Shown here: positions 1 through 9,606 of the stretch, one piece after another
Layout of the letters: every line of letters begins with the position of its first letter
Position numbering within the stretch: position 1 is the stretch's first letter
NCBI GenBank assembly: GCA_041622995.1
Contig: JBFJXR010000001.1
Coordinates: forward strand, 10,933 to 74,932
Reading direction: 5' to 3'
DNA length: 64,000 bases
Source of the DNA: Nevskiales bacterium
GTDB lineage: Bacteria > Pseudomonadota > Gammaproteobacteria > Nevskiales > CAJXLF01
Notes under the pieces: model-generated
Told to the model about the DNA's origin: nothing
Seen by the model: only the letters and a program-made list of their open reading frames with translations
Database searches by the model: none
Made by a program: the position numbers and the translations under genes

Positions 1-69
1 GCATTTGATGGACGTTTGCTGGATGCTCCCATGCAACTGGGATTAAATACTGCAGAAATGGAAAAGTAA
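1..69 (+). CDS. 3' end of an upstream gene (partial). Possibly phosphoribosylglycinamide formyltransferase PurN, whose C-terminus it resembles.
   Basis: Frame 1 is open from base 1 to TAA at 67-69 (..AFDGRLLDAPMQLGLNTAEMEK*). The FxDGRL tail resembles PurN C-termini, and DUF3108 genes often follow purN. The fragment is too short to be sure. Confidence 0.3.
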   Translation, partial: AFDGRLLDAPMQLGLNTAEMEK

Positions 70-73
70 GCGC

Positions 74-817
74 ATGATGCAAAATGTCGTAAAAACAGGA
101 CTGACTTGTGTGACACTCGGACTGCTGTCCGGAATTGCGCAGGCTGATGTCCTGTCACCCTATAAAGTCGTATACGAAGTGAACCGTGGCAGCGTCATGC
201 TCGGCGACACAACATTTGATATGCGTCATGAAAAAGACGACTGCTACCAGATTCAAGGTATTGCTGAGCCCAAGGGCCTTGCTGCACTGTTTGCCGGAAA
301 AACTACCGAAACAAGTCTTTTCTGTATTGAAGATGGCCGCATACGGTCACAAAAATACAGCATCATGCGTGACGGCGGGGATGACGACGACAGCTACACC
401 CTTCAGTTTGACTGGGGTAACCAGCTCGTTACCACAAACAGTAACGAACCTCGTGAATTACCTGCTGATGGCTTTGACCGCACGGTGATGGAGCTCGCCC
501 TGCGCCAGCAACTAGCCAAGCATTTCGAATCCAACGGGAATGAATTGCCTGCCAACCCTTTCATATTCCTCATGGTGGAGGATGACGAGATCAAGCCCTA
601 TCGCTTTCAGGCCACGGGACGTGAAAGCATCACCACGCCGATTGGCACGTTTAACGCCATCAAGATTGAGCGGATCAATTCCAAAAAACGACAATTCCGC
701 ATGTGGATGGCACCTGAACTGGATTACCTGCCAATTCGACTCGAAAGACAGCGAAAGGACAAACCGGTGATCAGTCTGCAGTTGCGAGCCCTGCCGCTAA
801 GCCCCGCCGCGAACTAA
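74..817 (+). CDS. DUF3108 family secreted protein
   Basis: 247 aa with an N-terminal signal peptide (..LLSGIAQA/DV). The predicted beta-rich body and the Y/F-rich C-terminal part (KPYRFQATGRE..MWMAPELDYLPIRLE) are typical of DUF3108. Confidence 0.6.
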   Translation: MMQNVVKTGLTCVTLGLLSGIAQADVLSPYKVVYEVNRGSVMLGDTTFDMRHEKDDCYQIQGIAEPKGLAALFAGKTTETSLFCIEDGRIRSQKYSIMRDGGDDDDSYTLQFDWGNQLVTTNSNEPRELPADGFDRTVMELALRQQLAKHFESNGNELPANPFIFLMVEDDEIKPYRFQATGRESITTPIGTFNAIKIERINSKKRQFRMWMAPELDYLPIRLERQRKDKPVISLQLRALPLSPAAN

Positions 818-818
818 T

Positions 819-1310
819 TCAGCCCAGAACTTCGCCCGGATTCCAGACCTTGCAGTATTTGGGCGGATAACAAAGCAAATCCCAGTCCGGGCTGTCAAAA
901 CCCATCGAGACAACCGTGCAAGTGGACATACCCACTAGCGAGCCACCCAGCATATGTACCAGCGATGCAATCCCAGGGTTGTGCCCGACCAGCATCAGGC
1001 GCTCCACGTCCATGGAAACCTTCTGAATGACATCCAGCAGAGTTTCGGGCAAAGCCTCATAAACAGCTTTCTCAAACTGGATATTGCCGACCGGATATGA
1101 AAGCCCCCGGCACAATAGCTCAGCAGTCTGTCTGGCGCGCAGCGCAGGACTGGCAATCAGCACTTCCGGATTAGCGCCCTGCCCGGCCAAAAACCCACCC
1201 ATCGCTGCAGCGGTTTCGAGACCACTGGCATTTAATACCCGCTCGATATCCGGAAGGCTGGGTGGCCCCATATCCGATTTTGCGTGCCTGACCAACCAGA
1301 GTTGCTTCAT
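819..1310 (-). CDS. sixA: phosphohistidine phosphatase SixA
   Basis: 163 aa. The N-terminus MKQLWLVRHAKS carries the RHA/RHG histidine-phosphatase motif. A downstream GHNP motif (LVGHNPG) and the size match SixA. Confidence 0.75.
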   Translation of the reverse strand: MKQLWLVRHAKSDMGPPSLPDIERVLNASGLETAAAMGGFLAGQGANPEVLIASPALRARQTAELLCRGLSYPVGNIQFEKAVYEALPETLLDVIQKVSMDVERLMLVGHNPGIASLVHMLGGSLVGMSTCTVVSMGFDSPDWDLLCYPPKYCKVWNPGEVLG

Positions 1311-1561
1311 GACTGCTCCCGCATGGTTTCGAGCTGTGCGCTCACACTTGAGGCTGTAGATACCAGGTAGGGCACAACTATCGTAAGCGCCATTTGAAAA
1401 ATCGCCATAGGGGTCACCTCACCCTTGAGTATCGCATCACCATGATTGATTAAAATCAGAATTGCCCCGACACCTAACGCAAATTTGCACGCACGTTTAA
1501 CGACTCGTGGCTCGCGGGCGAGGCGAAATGATTGTGACCAGGTCGATTCAATGGCCATCAT
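1307..1561 (-). CDS. small membrane protein, NrtS-like (nitrate/nitrite transporter NrtS family)
   Basis: 84 aa with two predicted TM helices and an LINHGD..VPYLVSTASSV pattern, which I recall from the NrtS family. Its stop overlaps the sixA start (ATGA) and its start abuts the dcd stop. Confidence 0.5.
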   Translation of the reverse strand: MMAIESTWSQSFRLAREPRVVKRACKFALGVGAILILINHGDAILKGEVTPMAIFQMALTIVVPYLVSTASSVSAQLETMREQS

Positions 1562-1564
1562 TAC

Positions 1565-2131
1565 TCAGGTTTTGGGAAGCGTTACGCCTTGCTGCCCCTG
1601 GTATTTACCACCGCGATCCTTGTACGAGGTTTCGCATACCTCATCGGACTCCAGGAACAACATCTGGGCAACGCCTTCGTTAGCGTAGATGCGTGCCGGC
1701 AAAGGCGTGGTGTTGGAAAACTCCAGTGTTACATGCCCCTCCCATTCAGGTTCCAGTGGCGTCACATTTACGATAATGCCGCAGCGGGCATAGGTTGATT
1801 TGCCCAGGCAAATGGTCAGGACACTGCGCGGAATACGGAAGTACTCAACAGTGCGTGCAAGGGCAAAAGAGTTTGGCGGAATCACGCAGGAATCGCCCTT
1901 GAAGTCGACGAAGCTGCCGTCATGAAAATCCTTGGGATCCACAATCGCGGAATTGATATTGGTAAAAATCTTGAATTCATCCGCGCAACGTACGTCGTAG
2001 CCATAACTGGAGACACCGTAGGAGACGATTTTTCCGCTGCCGTTTTCTCTAACCTGGCCTGCTTCAAATGGCTCGATCATGCCCTGCGTACTCGCCATCT
2101 CGCGAATCCATCTATCTGATTTAATACTCAC
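1565..2131 (-). CDS. dcd: dCTP deaminase
   Basis: 188 aa. [13 protein letters not shown].. at the N-terminus, then ..SSYGYDVR.. and ..[25 protein letters not shown] are classic Dcd blocks. Confidence 0.95.
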   Translation of the reverse strand: MSIKSDRWIREMASTQGMIEPFEAGQVRENGSGKIVSYGVSSYGYDVRCADEFKIFTNINSAIVDPKDFHDGSFVDFKGDSCVIPPNSFALARTVEYFRIPRSVLTICLGKSTYARCGIIVNVTPLEPEWEGHVTLEFSNTTPLPARIYANEGVAQMLFLESDEVCETSYKDRGGKYQGQQGVTLPKT

Positions 2132-2181
2132 TGATTATTCCATTCCAATGTCTGATTTATGCGCCAGCCATCTCGAGACGT

Positions 2182-2661
2182 CTAATTCGCCTGCGTCGAG
2201 ATGACTTCAAATTCCCATCGTAATTCGCCCCTGGCCTGCGGACGACCATCCTGAAACAGGATTTTCTCTTTGACATCTCTGGCCTGGCCGGCAGGGATGT
2301 CAGTATGCAGCCACTCATGGATTTCGCCAATCGTAACGCATTCCACGCCACTCTCATCGCTGCAGTCGAGCGCTCTGATTCCAAATTCTATTTTCTTCAG
2401 GTGATGCCCATCAGCATTGTTTATTACACGACCTCTGAGTTCGTATACAGCACCTGAAAGCTGTTTGATAGTGAAGGATTTCAACTCGACCTGCTGGGGG
2501 CTAATTAGCTCAGCCGATTTAAAATCAGCCCAGTTGTCGTAGAACAAAAGTGCCACACCGGCTACCAGCACCACAGCCAGAAAGCCCAGCATCAATTTCA
2601 GGTCGCCCCAGGCGATAAGCGCCATGAGGATAATCACCAGTGCTGCCATTGCCCATATCAT
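2182..2661 (-). CDS. hypothetical membrane protein (2 N-terminal TM helices plus a soluble domain)
   Basis: The ORF-track start at 2799 overlaps mrp. The ATG at 2661 (MIWAMAALVIILMAL..) sits immediately after the mrp stop (TGATCATG). I recognise no family. Confidence 0.5.
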   Translation of the reverse strand: MIWAMAALVIILMALIAWGDLKLMLGFLAVVLVAGVALLFYDNWADFKSAELISPQQVELKSFTIKQLSGAVYELRGRVINNADGHHLKKIEFGIRALDCSDESGVECVTIGEIHEWLHTDIPAGQARDVKEKILFQDGRPQARGELRWEFEVISTQAN

Positions 2662-2663
2662 GA

Positions 2664-3776
2664 TCAGTCTTCCTCGATGCTGATAGTAGGGAATGAAGCC
2701 TCGGAACCGGACAAAGCCAGGCGTGCCGTCATATTGCGTGCAATCTCCAAATAACGCTCTGCCAGCTCGCCTTCCGGCTCTGCCGCCACTGTCGGGCAAC
2801 CATTGTCTGCCTGTTCCCTAATCCGGATATCCAGCGGCAATTGACCCAGCACCGTGACCGCCTCTTCTTCTGCCAATGCCACGCCGCCGCCTGTGCCGAA
2901 TATCGCTTCTTCATGCCCACAGCTTGAGCAGACATGGGTACTCATATTTTCCACGATACCCAGTATCTTCACCTCAACTTTTCGGAACATGCCCAGACCC
3001 TTGCGGGCATCCAGCAGGGCAATGTCCTGAGGGGTGGTCACAATAACCGCACCGCTTACGGGTATGCGCTGAGATAGCGACAACTGGATATCCCCGGTTC
3101 CCGGCGGCAAATCGACAATGAGGTAATCAAGCTCCGGCCATTGGGTTTCATTCAGCAGCTGATTCAGTGCCTGCGAAACCATCGGCCCGCGCCAGATCAT
3201 CGGCGCCGCCTCATCCACAAGATAACCAATCGACATGGAGTAGATGCCATGACTGAACATGGGTTTGAGTTTCTTATTATCCAGACTTTCCGGCTTACCC
3301 TCGGCGCCCAACATGCGTGGCTGACTAGGCCCGTAAATATCTGCGTCCAGCATTCCGACAGATGCGCCTTCAGCCACCAGCGCCAGCGCGAGGTTTGCAG
3401 ATACGGTGGACTTACCCACACCGCCCTTGCCCGAGGCAACGGCAATAATATTCTTGATATTCGGCATCACCTGCAGATTGTTCTGCACAGCATGCGATTC
3501 GATTTCACTGCGAACACTAATATCGGCAGTAGTAACTTCTGCCAAAGCCTCTAACTGTGCCTGCAACTCTGCAACCAGCCGGGGAGCATAGCGCTTACAG
3601 GGGAACCCCAGTTTCAACCTGAGGGTAAGTTTGCCGGCTTCGAGGTCCAGCTCTTCGACAGCATTGGCCGATAGCAGATCAGTGCCCAAATGCGGTTCTA
3701 TATAGCTGGCCAGAACGACCTGCACTGCTTCCAGGCCGGCCACGTCAGGATTAGTTGAAGCTGATTCTTGATTCAT
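2664..3776 (-). CDS. apbC: iron-sulfur cluster carrier ATPase Mrp/ApbC
   Basis: 370 aa. It has an N-terminal DUF59-like domain, a deviant Walker A (VASGKGGVGKST) and a CxxC motif (VCSSCGHE). It is divergent from metG, as in E. coli. Confidence 0.9.
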   Translation of the reverse strand: MNQESASTNPDVAGLEAVQVVLASYIEPHLGTDLLSANAVEELDLEAGKLTLRLKLGFPCKRYAPRLVAELQAQLEALAEVTTADISVRSEIESHAVQNNLQVMPNIKNIIAVASGKGGVGKSTVSANLALALVAEGASVGMLDADIYGPSQPRMLGAEGKPESLDNKKLKPMFSHGIYSMSIGYLVDEAAPMIWRGPMVSQALNQLLNETQWPELDYLIVDLPPGTGDIQLSLSQRIPVSGAVIVTTPQDIALLDARKGLGMFRKVEVKILGIVENMSTHVCSSCGHEEAIFGTGGGVALAEEEAVTVLGQLPLDIRIREQADNGCPTVAAEPEGELAERYLEIARNMTARLALSGSEASFPTISIEED

Positions 3777-3826
3777 CCTGTGAATTCTACCACCTGTGAC
3801 AATCAGCTTTGTTCCGGGATATGCCT

Positions 3827-3908
3827 GGTGTTGTTACGAAACGCTGCAAGTACATCCATGTAAGCTTCGGCGGCGACGTCCATGTCGCCGACGATTCGCA
3901 ACAACACC
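3827..3908. repeat. compound hairpin in the mrp-metG spacer
   Basis: The outer stem pairs ggtgttgttacgaa (3827-3840) with ttcgcaacaacacc (3895-3908), 13/14 matched. The inner GC stem pairs tcggcggcgac (3867-3877) with gtcgccgacga (3884-3894), 10/11 matched, around the loop gtccat. Confidence 0.7.
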
Positions 3909-3920
3909 CGGCACACCCCA

Positions 3921-4042
3921 GTTGATGATTGAGGGTTGTTAATGTCATCCGAGACCGTTGGCCGCAGGGACGCGGCCGACGAGACCCCATGGATGGGTTC
4001 ACGGCGTGTCGAGGAGGGCATTAACAACCCTCAATCATCAAC
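3921..4042. repeat. 122-bp element bounded by perfect 24-bp terminal inverted repeats (MITE-like architecture)
   Basis: gttgatgattgagggttgttaatg (3921-3944) is the exact reverse complement of cattaacaaccctcaatcatcaac (4019-4042). The 74-nt interior holds further stems (cgttggccgc/gcggccgacg and ccca/tggg). Confidence 0.7.
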
Positions 4043-4058
4043 CTGCGCCCAACCCCTA

Positions 4059-4067
4059 TGGCATAAT
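4059..4067 (+). promoter_or_regulatory. candidate extended -10 promoter for metG
   Basis: TGgCATAAT lies about 40 nt upstream of the metG GTG and downstream of the palindromic element. There is no good -35 box. This rests on sequence pattern only. Confidence 0.3.
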
Positions 4068-4105
4068 GCGCGGCTATTCGGCTTGTATCAGGAACAGGAC
4101 TCCAA

Positions 4106-6202
4106 GTGACAACTCCTTCAGTCACCCAAGGCAATGCGCAACGCAATATCGTTGTCACCAATGCCCTGCCCTATGCCAATGGTCCGATTCACCTCGGTCA
4201 TCTGGTGGGCTACATTCAGGCCGATATCTGGGTGCGCTTCCAACGCATGTGTGGTCATCAGGTTACTTATGTCTGTGCCGATGATGCCCATGGCACGCCC
4301 ATCATGCTGGCTGCCGAAAAGGCCGGGCTGGATGCCGAAGCCTATATCGCCGGGATTCAGAAAGAGCATGAGGCCGCCTTTGCCGGTTTTGGCGTCGATT
4401 TCGATCATTACCACAGCACGCATTCCGAGGAGAATCGCGAGTTATCCGAACGCATCTACAAGGCTCTGCGCGAAGCCGGTCATATTGAAGTACGTGAAAT
4501 CGAACAGGCTTATGACCCGGAACGGGAAATGTTTCTGCCGGATCGCTACATCAAAGGTGAATGTCCACGCTGTGGCACAGCCGATCAATATGGTGACAAC
4601 TGCGAAAGCTGCGGCGCCACTTATGAGCCGCATGATCTGAAGAATCCCATCTCGGTAGTTTCAGGTGCGGCCCCGGAATGGCGGCCTTCAGAGCACTATT
4701 TCTTCAAACTCTCCGATCTGCAACCCGTCGTAGAAGACTGGTTAAATACGGCTGAACTGCAGGGACCGGTCAAAGCGAAACTCGGCGAATGGCTTGGCCC
4801 GAAAGGCGATGACGGTCAAGGCGGCTTGCGCGACTGGGATATTTCCCGTGACGCACCCTACTTCGGTTTCGAGATTCCTGACGCCCCCGGTAAATACTTC
4901 TATGTTTGGCTGGATGCACCGATTGGCTATCTCGCCAGTCTTAAAGCTTACTGCGCGAAATCCGGTCTGGATTTCGAATCCCTGATTAGCAAAGATACTG
5001 ACGCCGAACTCTGGCATTTCATCGGCAAGGACATCGTAAACTTCCACGGCCTGTTCTGGCCGGCCATGCTGAAGGACGCAGGCATGGCTCAACCGACCGC
5101 ACTGAACGTGAATGGTTATCTAACCGTGAACGGTGCCAAGATGTCCAAATCACGTGGCACTTTCATCCGGGCAGAAACCTGGCTGGAGCATCTGCCTGCT
5201 GAAACACTCCGTTATTACTACGCAGCAAAACTATCCAGCAGTGTCGAGGATCTAGATCTCAATCTCGAAGACTTTGTTGCTCGCATAAATTCCGACCTCG
5301 TCGGGAAATACGTCAACATTGCGAGCCGCTGTGCCGGCTTCATCACCAAACGTTTTGATGGCGCACTCGGTAATACGCTGGATAATCCCGAACTGGTTTC
5401 TCAAGTCAGCGAGGTCGGGCAGCGCATTGCTGAACTTTATGATGCACGGAACTACTCGTATGCCATGCGTGAAATCATGGCACTGGCAGATCTGGCCAAT
5501 CAGTATATTGCCGACAAACAGCCCTGGGTGATTGCCAAACAGGAAGGTCAGGATGCTGAACTTCAGGCCGTATGCAGTACGGGACTGGAACTGTTCCGTC
5601 TGCTCTCGCTTTACCTGAAACCTGTGTTACCTGATCTTGCCCGGGCCGCTGAAGAGTTTCTGAACCTTCAGCCCCAGGCATGGCAGGACATTGAGAATTC
5701 ACTGGCAGGAAAAACCATTAACAAGTTCAGCCCACTGATGCAGCGGGTAGAAGCGGACAAAACCGCGGCCATGGTTGATGGATCCAAATCCGATCTGACG
5801 GCTACGCCGACCAAGAGCGAAGCCACACCCAAAAAACCGGAGTCCCAGAAGATGGACGAGAAAGCAGAAGACAACACTATTGAATTCGACGACTTCGCCA
5901 AGGTTGATCTGCGAATTGCCCGGATTGCCAAAGCCGAGCATGTTGAAGGGGCGGATAAACTGCTGCGCCTGGAACTGGATGTCGGTGAACTCGGCACCAA
6001 GCAGGTATTTGCCGGCATCAAGAGTGCTTATGCACCGGAAGACCTGCAAAACCGCATGACGGTCATGGTCGCGAACCTAGCACCGCGCAAGATGCGCTTC
6101 GGGATTTCCGAGGGCATGGTGCTTGCTGCAGGCCCGGGCGGCGATGAACTCTATATCCTCAATCCGGACGAAGGGGCGCAACCCGGGATGAAGGTAAAAT
6201 AA
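4106..6202 (+). CDS. metG: methionine--tRNA ligase
   Basis: 698 aa with a GTG start. It has the HIGH-type motif ([10 protein letters not shown]), KMSKS (GAKMSKSRG), zinc knuckles ([18 protein letters not shown]) and a C-terminal Trbp111-like tRNA-binding domain. Confidence 0.95.
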   Translation: MTTPSVTQGNAQRNIVVTNALPYANGPIHLGHLVGYIQADIWVRFQRMCGHQVTYVCADDAHGTPIMLAAEKAGLDAEAYIAGIQKEHEAAFAGFGVDFDHYHSTHSEENRELSERIYKALREAGHIEVREIEQAYDPEREMFLPDRYIKGECPRCGTADQYGDNCESCGATYEPHDLKNPISVVSGAAPEWRPSEHYFFKLSDLQPVVEDWLNTAELQGPVKAKLGEWLGPKGDDGQGGLRDWDISRDAPYFGFEIPDAPGKYFYVWLDAPIGYLASLKAYCAKSGLDFESLISKDTDAELWHFIGKDIVNFHGLFWPAMLKDAGMAQPTALNVNGYLTVNGAKMSKSRGTFIRAETWLEHLPAETLRYYYAAKLSSSVEDLDLNLEDFVARINSDLVGKYVNIASRCAGFITKRFDGALGNTLDNPELVSQVSEVGQRIAELYDARNYSYAMREIMALADLANQYIADKQPWVIAKQEGQDAELQAVCSTGLELFRLLSLYLKPVLPDLARAAEEFLNLQPQAWQDIENSLAGKTINKFSPLMQRVEADKTAAMVDGSKSDLTATPTKSEATPKKPESQKMDEKAEDNTIEFDDFAKVDLRIARIAKAEHVEGADKLLRLELDVGELGTKQVFAGIKSAYAPEDLQNRMTVMVANLAPRKMRFGISEGMVLAAGPGGDELYILNPDEGAQPGMKVK

Positions 6203-6327
6203 ACCTGATATAGATACGCCATATTCACTTATGGAATATCTGTAGAAGTATTTATGCCATTTATTGCATATAACGCCATAAGTTTTCATACTTTGCGCAC
6301 TGCAACAAGGGAATATACTGAGTTCCA

Positions 6328-6903
6328 ATGACTGATTACCTGTTCATCCTTATCGGCACCGTGCTGGTCAACAACTTCGTGTTGGTCCAGTTCCTGGGTC
6401 TGTGCCCGTTTATGGGGGTGTCCAAAAAACGTGAGACGGCAATGGGGATGGCACTGGCCACCACCTTCGTACTTACCTTGTCGTCGGTCTGTTCCTACCT
6501 GGTAAATGAATACATTCTTGCCCCACTGGGTGTTGAGTACCTGCGTACCATCAGCTTCATCCTGGTAATTGCCGGCGTGGTGCAGCTCACCGAGATGATC
6601 GTGCACAAGGCGAGCCCCCTGCTTTATGAAGTACTGGGCATCTACCTGCCACTGATCACGACCAACTGCGCCGTGCTGGGCGTGGCGCTGCTTAATGTTC
6701 GCGAACAGAACAGCTTCCTTGAATCTGCCGTCTACGGCTTTGGTGCTGCCGTCGGCTTCTCACTGGTGATGATCCTGTTTTCAGCCATGCGTGAACGCAT
6801 CGCTGTAGCTGATGTGCCTGCCGCCTTCCAGGGTGCACCGATCGGCCTAATAACAGCTGGTCTGATGTCCCTTGCCTTCATGGGCTTCGCAGGCCTCGTC
6901 TAG
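6328..6903 (+). CDS. rnfA: Rnf/Rsx electron transport complex subunit A
   Basis: 191 aa polytopic membrane protein. It is collinear with RsxA/RnfA ([32 protein letters not shown]..) and is the first gene of an rnfABCDGE-nth array. Confidence 0.95.
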   Translation: MTDYLFILIGTVLVNNFVLVQFLGLCPFMGVSKKRETAMGMALATTFVLTLSSVCSYLVNEYILAPLGVEYLRTISFILVIAGVVQLTEMIVHKASPLLYEVLGIYLPLITTNCAVLGVALLNVREQNSFLESAVYGFGAAVGFSLVMILFSAMRERIAVADVPAAFQGAPIGLITAGLMSLAFMGFAGLV

Positions 6904-7084
6904 GGCTCGCTATGACTTATTCGAACGTAGCGTTGCTCAGGGCAACCCAAAGGGCCGGGGCTATTAGCGCACAATGCTTCGTTGCTGCTCACTTATGTAG
7001 AGTGGCTACATTGCGTTCGCGACGCCTCGCCTTGCACGCTAATAGCCTCCGGCGCTACGCCCGGATAAGCCAGAGCAAGCCCTA
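6904..7084. repeat. 181-bp imperfect palindromic element filling the rnfA-rnfB spacer
   Basis: The stems are nested. gggctcgc (6904-) pairs with gcaagccc (-7083). acgtagcg (6925-32) pairs with cgctacg (7053-59). ccggggctattagcg (6955-69) pairs with cgctaatagcctccgg (7037-52). The apical stem is atgtag/ctacat. Confidence 0.7.
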
Positions 7085-7642
7085 ATGCTTTCCGCAATCC
7101 TATCCATGGCAGCACTGGCCGCCGCCTTTGGCGTGGCGCTCGGTTATGTGTCGGTGCGCTTCAAGGTTGAGGGTGACCCATTAGTCGATCAGATCGATGC
7201 GGTCTTGCCCCAGACCCAGTGCGGACAGTGCAGTTTTCCAGGGTGTCGCCCCTATGCGCAGGCCATTGCCGATGGCGAGGCCGAAATCAACCAGTGCCCT
7301 CCCGGCGGAGAAGCAGGTGTCATGGCGCTGGCAGATCTTCTTGGGCGTGACCCGCTTCCGCTGAACCCGGAAAACGGTGTCGCCAAGGAAGTTAAAACAG
7401 TCGCTGTTATTGATGAAGACGTCTGCATCGGCTGCACCAAATGCATACAGGCCTGCCCGATTGATGCCATTCTCGGCGCGGCCAAGCAAATGCATACCGT
7501 GATTGCCGATGAATGCACTGGCTGCGACCTGTGCGTCGAGCCCTGCCCGGTCGACTGCATCGACATGGTGCCTATCGAAGACACGACCCAGACCTGGAAA
7601 TGGCCTTTCCCTGAAGCTGATGCAACGGAGAAAGCCGCGTGA
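7085..7642 (+). CDS. rnfB: Rnf complex subunit B (ferredoxin-like)
   Basis: 185 aa. It has an N-terminal TM helix, the [13 protein letters not shown] cluster motif and two 4Fe-4S motifs ([12 protein letters not shown] and [12 protein letters not shown]). Confidence 0.92.
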   Translation: MLSAILSMAALAAAFGVALGYVSVRFKVEGDPLVDQIDAVLPQTQCGQCSFPGCRPYAQAIADGEAEINQCPPGGEAGVMALADLLGRDPLPLNPENGVAKEVKTVAVIDEDVCIGCTKCIQACPIDAILGAAKQMHTVIADECTGCDLCVEPCPVDCIDMVPIEDTTQTWKWPFPEADATEKAA

Positions 7643-9606
7643 GCGCGGCAGCCGGCATGGTGACCGGTGCAAAGGTCTGGAAATTCCCCGGCGGCCTGAA
7701 GCTGAACGGGCACAAGACCCTGTCTGCGACATCAGCCATCGAAGATGCACCGATCCCTGCATACCTGATACTGCCTCTCGCCCAGCATATTGGCGCAGCC
7801 GCCAAACCCGTGGTGGAAGTCGGCGACCAGGTTTACAAAGGCCAGACCATCGCGGCACCTGACGGTTTCGTATCAACACCGATCCATGCCAGCAGCTCGG
7901 GCAAGGTCGTGGCGATTGAAGAGCGACCAGTCGCACATCCTTCTGGGCTATCGGCCATGTGCATCGTCATCGAAACCGATGGTCTGGACACGCCATTATC
8001 CACACCCGAACTCGAAGCGCACCCGGATTACAGCGAACTCGATCCCAGCCACCTGCGCAATCTTGTACGACAGGCGGGTGTTGTCGGCCTGGGTGGCGCC
8101 GCCTTTCCGTCATTCATCAAGCTCAACCCCGGGCCCGATGCGCAGGTCGACGCACTGATACTGAATGGTGCCGAATGCGAGCCCTATATCACCTGCGATC
8201 AGGTGTTGATGCGTGAGCAGGCCGACGACATTGCCAGGGGTGCTCAACTCATCATGCATGCCGTGCAGGCAACTACCTGCCTGATTGGTGTGGAAGACAA
8301 CAAATCCGAATCTATTGCTGCCCTGAACAAGGCGATTGATGCACTCGATGACCGGCGTATCAAGGTCGTGGTCGTTCCCACCCGCTATCCACAGGGCGGT
8401 GAAAAACAACTGGTGCAGGCACTTACCGGACGTGAAGTCCCCAGTGAAGGCCTGCCCCTCGATATCGGCATTGTCTGCCATAACGTAGGCACGGCGGCGA
8501 CAGTCTGGCGCGCAGTCACCCGGGCAGAACCGCTGATTTCCCGCGTGATGACAGTGACCGGCGGTGCCATTAAGCAGCCCCGTAATTTCAATGTGCGCAT
8601 AGGCACACCTGTGAGCGAACTGCTTGCCCTGTCCGGGGGCACGCAGGGCACCCCTGCCCGTCTGGTGATGGGTGGGCCAATGATGGGCTTTGCCCTAACG
8701 AGTGACGCAGTGCCGGTCGTCAAGGCCACCAACTGCATACTGGCGACCACCGAAGCTGAAACAGCGCCGGTGGAAGACGCCATGCCCTGCATACGCTGCG
8801 GCGAATGCGCTGAGGTTTGTCCGGCCGGCTTGTTACCTCAGCAGCTGTACTGGCATTCACGGGCACGCGATCTCGACCGCGCCCAGGAATACAAATTATT
8901 TGACTGCATAGAATGCGGATGCTGTGCACAGGTTTGCCCGAGCCACATTCCTCTCGTGCAGTTTTATCGCTTTGCCAAAACGGAAATCTGGGAAGCCGAG
9001 CGCGACAAACGCAAATCGAATCATGCCCGTGAAAGACATGAATTCAGACAGGACCGTCTTGACCGTGAGGAAGCGGAAAAGAAAGCACGCCTGGCCGCCA
9101 AGAAGGCTGCACTGAAGAAAGACACCAGTGCTGCTAACCCGGTTGCCGAAGCCATTGCTCGCGCCAAGGCTCGCAAGGCAGAGACGGCATCCGGTCAACC
9201 AGCGGATCCGGTGGCCGATATGATCGCGCAGGCCAAAGCCAAGGCCGATGGAAACAAAAAAATTCCAGAGAAACCCGCGTCTACAGAAAACAGCAGCTCG
9301 ACTGATGACCCGGTCGCTGCTGCGATTGCCCGTGCCAAGGCCAAAGCGGATCAGAAGAAAACCGATTCCGCCGCCCCAAGCGACGACCCTGTCGCTGCCG
9401 CCATCGCCAGGGCGAAAGCCAAGGCCGCCGAGAAGTCTGACGAGAAATCTGATGATCCGGTCGCGGCCGCCATTGCGAAGGCGAAAGCCCGGAAGGCTGA
9501 ACAGCAATCAGCGCCAGAAGAGAAGCCCACTGCTGACGATGACCCTGTGGCTGCGGCCATCGCCAGGGCCAAGGCCGCAGCTGCGGCGAAAAAGGACGGC
9601 GACTGA
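7639..9606 (+). CDS. rnfC: Rnf complex subunit C with a long repetitive C-terminal tail
   Basis: 655 aa. The GTG start overlaps the rnfB stop. It has a SLBB/NADH-binding-like N-terminal part, two ferredoxin motifs ([12 protein letters not shown] and [12 protein letters not shown]) and then a K/A/E-rich tail. Confidence 0.9.
   Translation: MSAAAGMVTGAKVWKFPGGLKLNGHKTLSATSAIEDAPIPAYLILPLAQHIGAAAKPVVEVGDQVYKGQTIAAPDGFVSTPIHASSSGKVVAIEERPVAHPSGLSAMCIVIETDGLDTPLSTPELEAHPDYSELDPSHLRNLVRQAGVVGLGGAAFPSFIKLNPGPDAQVDALILNGAECEPYITCDQVLMREQADDIARGAQLIMHAVQATTCLIGVEDNKSESIAALNKAIDALDDRRIKVVVVPTRYPQGGEKQLVQALTGREVPSEGLPLDIGIVCHNVGTAATVWRAVTRAEPLISRVMTVTGGAIKQPRNFNVRIGTPVSELLALSGGTQGTPARLVMGGPMMGFALTSDAVPVVKATNCILATTEAETAPVEDAMPCIRCGECAEVCPAGLLPQQLYWHSRARDLDRAQEYKLFDCIECGCCAQVCPSHIPLVQFYRFAKTEIWEAERDKRKSNHARERHEFRQDRLDREEAEKKARLAAKKAALKKDTSAANPVAEAIARAKARKAETASGQPADPVADMIAQAKAKADGNKKIPEKPASTENSSSTDDPVAAAIARAKAKADQKKTDSAAPSDDPVAAAIARAKAKAAEKSDEKSDDPVAAAIAKAKARKAEQQSAPEEKPTADDDPVAAAIARAKAAAAAKKDGD
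9136..9594 (+). repeat. in-frame 6x degenerate peptide repeat ([DN]PVAxAIAxAKAK) in the RnfC tail
   Basis: The copies are [78 protein letters not shown] and [16 protein letters not shown]. The DNA copies differ mostly at synonymous sites. Confidence 0.85.

Noticed and set aside
3921-4042. Possibility that the 24-bp inverted-repeat element is an integron attC site
   Set aside because: The arms are perfectly paired with no extrahelical bases. The ends do not fit RYYYAAC/GTTRRRY. There is no integrase or cassette context.
3787-4284. ORFs of 71, 74 and 108 aa inside the mrp-metG spacer
   Set aside because: They are generated by the palindromic GC-rich hairpins, with mirror ORFs on both strands. 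One overlaps the metG start out of frame. None has an RBS.
6228-6284. 8-bp inverted repeat ACTTATGG...CCATAAGT upstream of rnfA, considered as an operator
   Set aside because: It is short, widely spaced (41 nt) and sits in AT-rich DNA, where such matches occur by chance. No known motif matches it.
6955-7052. tRNA-like start (ggggctattagcgc...) in the rnfA-rnfB spacer
   Set aside because: It cannot be folded into a cloverleaf. It is a single long imperfect hairpin with no T-loop or anticodon-arm features.
7181-7936. 251-aa and 153-aa ORFs antisense to rnfB/rnfC
   Set aside because: They lie fully inside well-supported Rnf genes on the opposite strand. They have Arg/Ser/Pro-rich composition typical of shadow frames in GC-rich coding DNA, and no RBS or recognisable family.
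9136-9594. The periodic repeat was considered as a CRISPR-like or VNTR array
   Set aside because: The repeats are in frame within a conserved protein and irregularly spaced (66-87 nt). They are degenerate at synonymous sites and have no spacer-like unique segments or leader.
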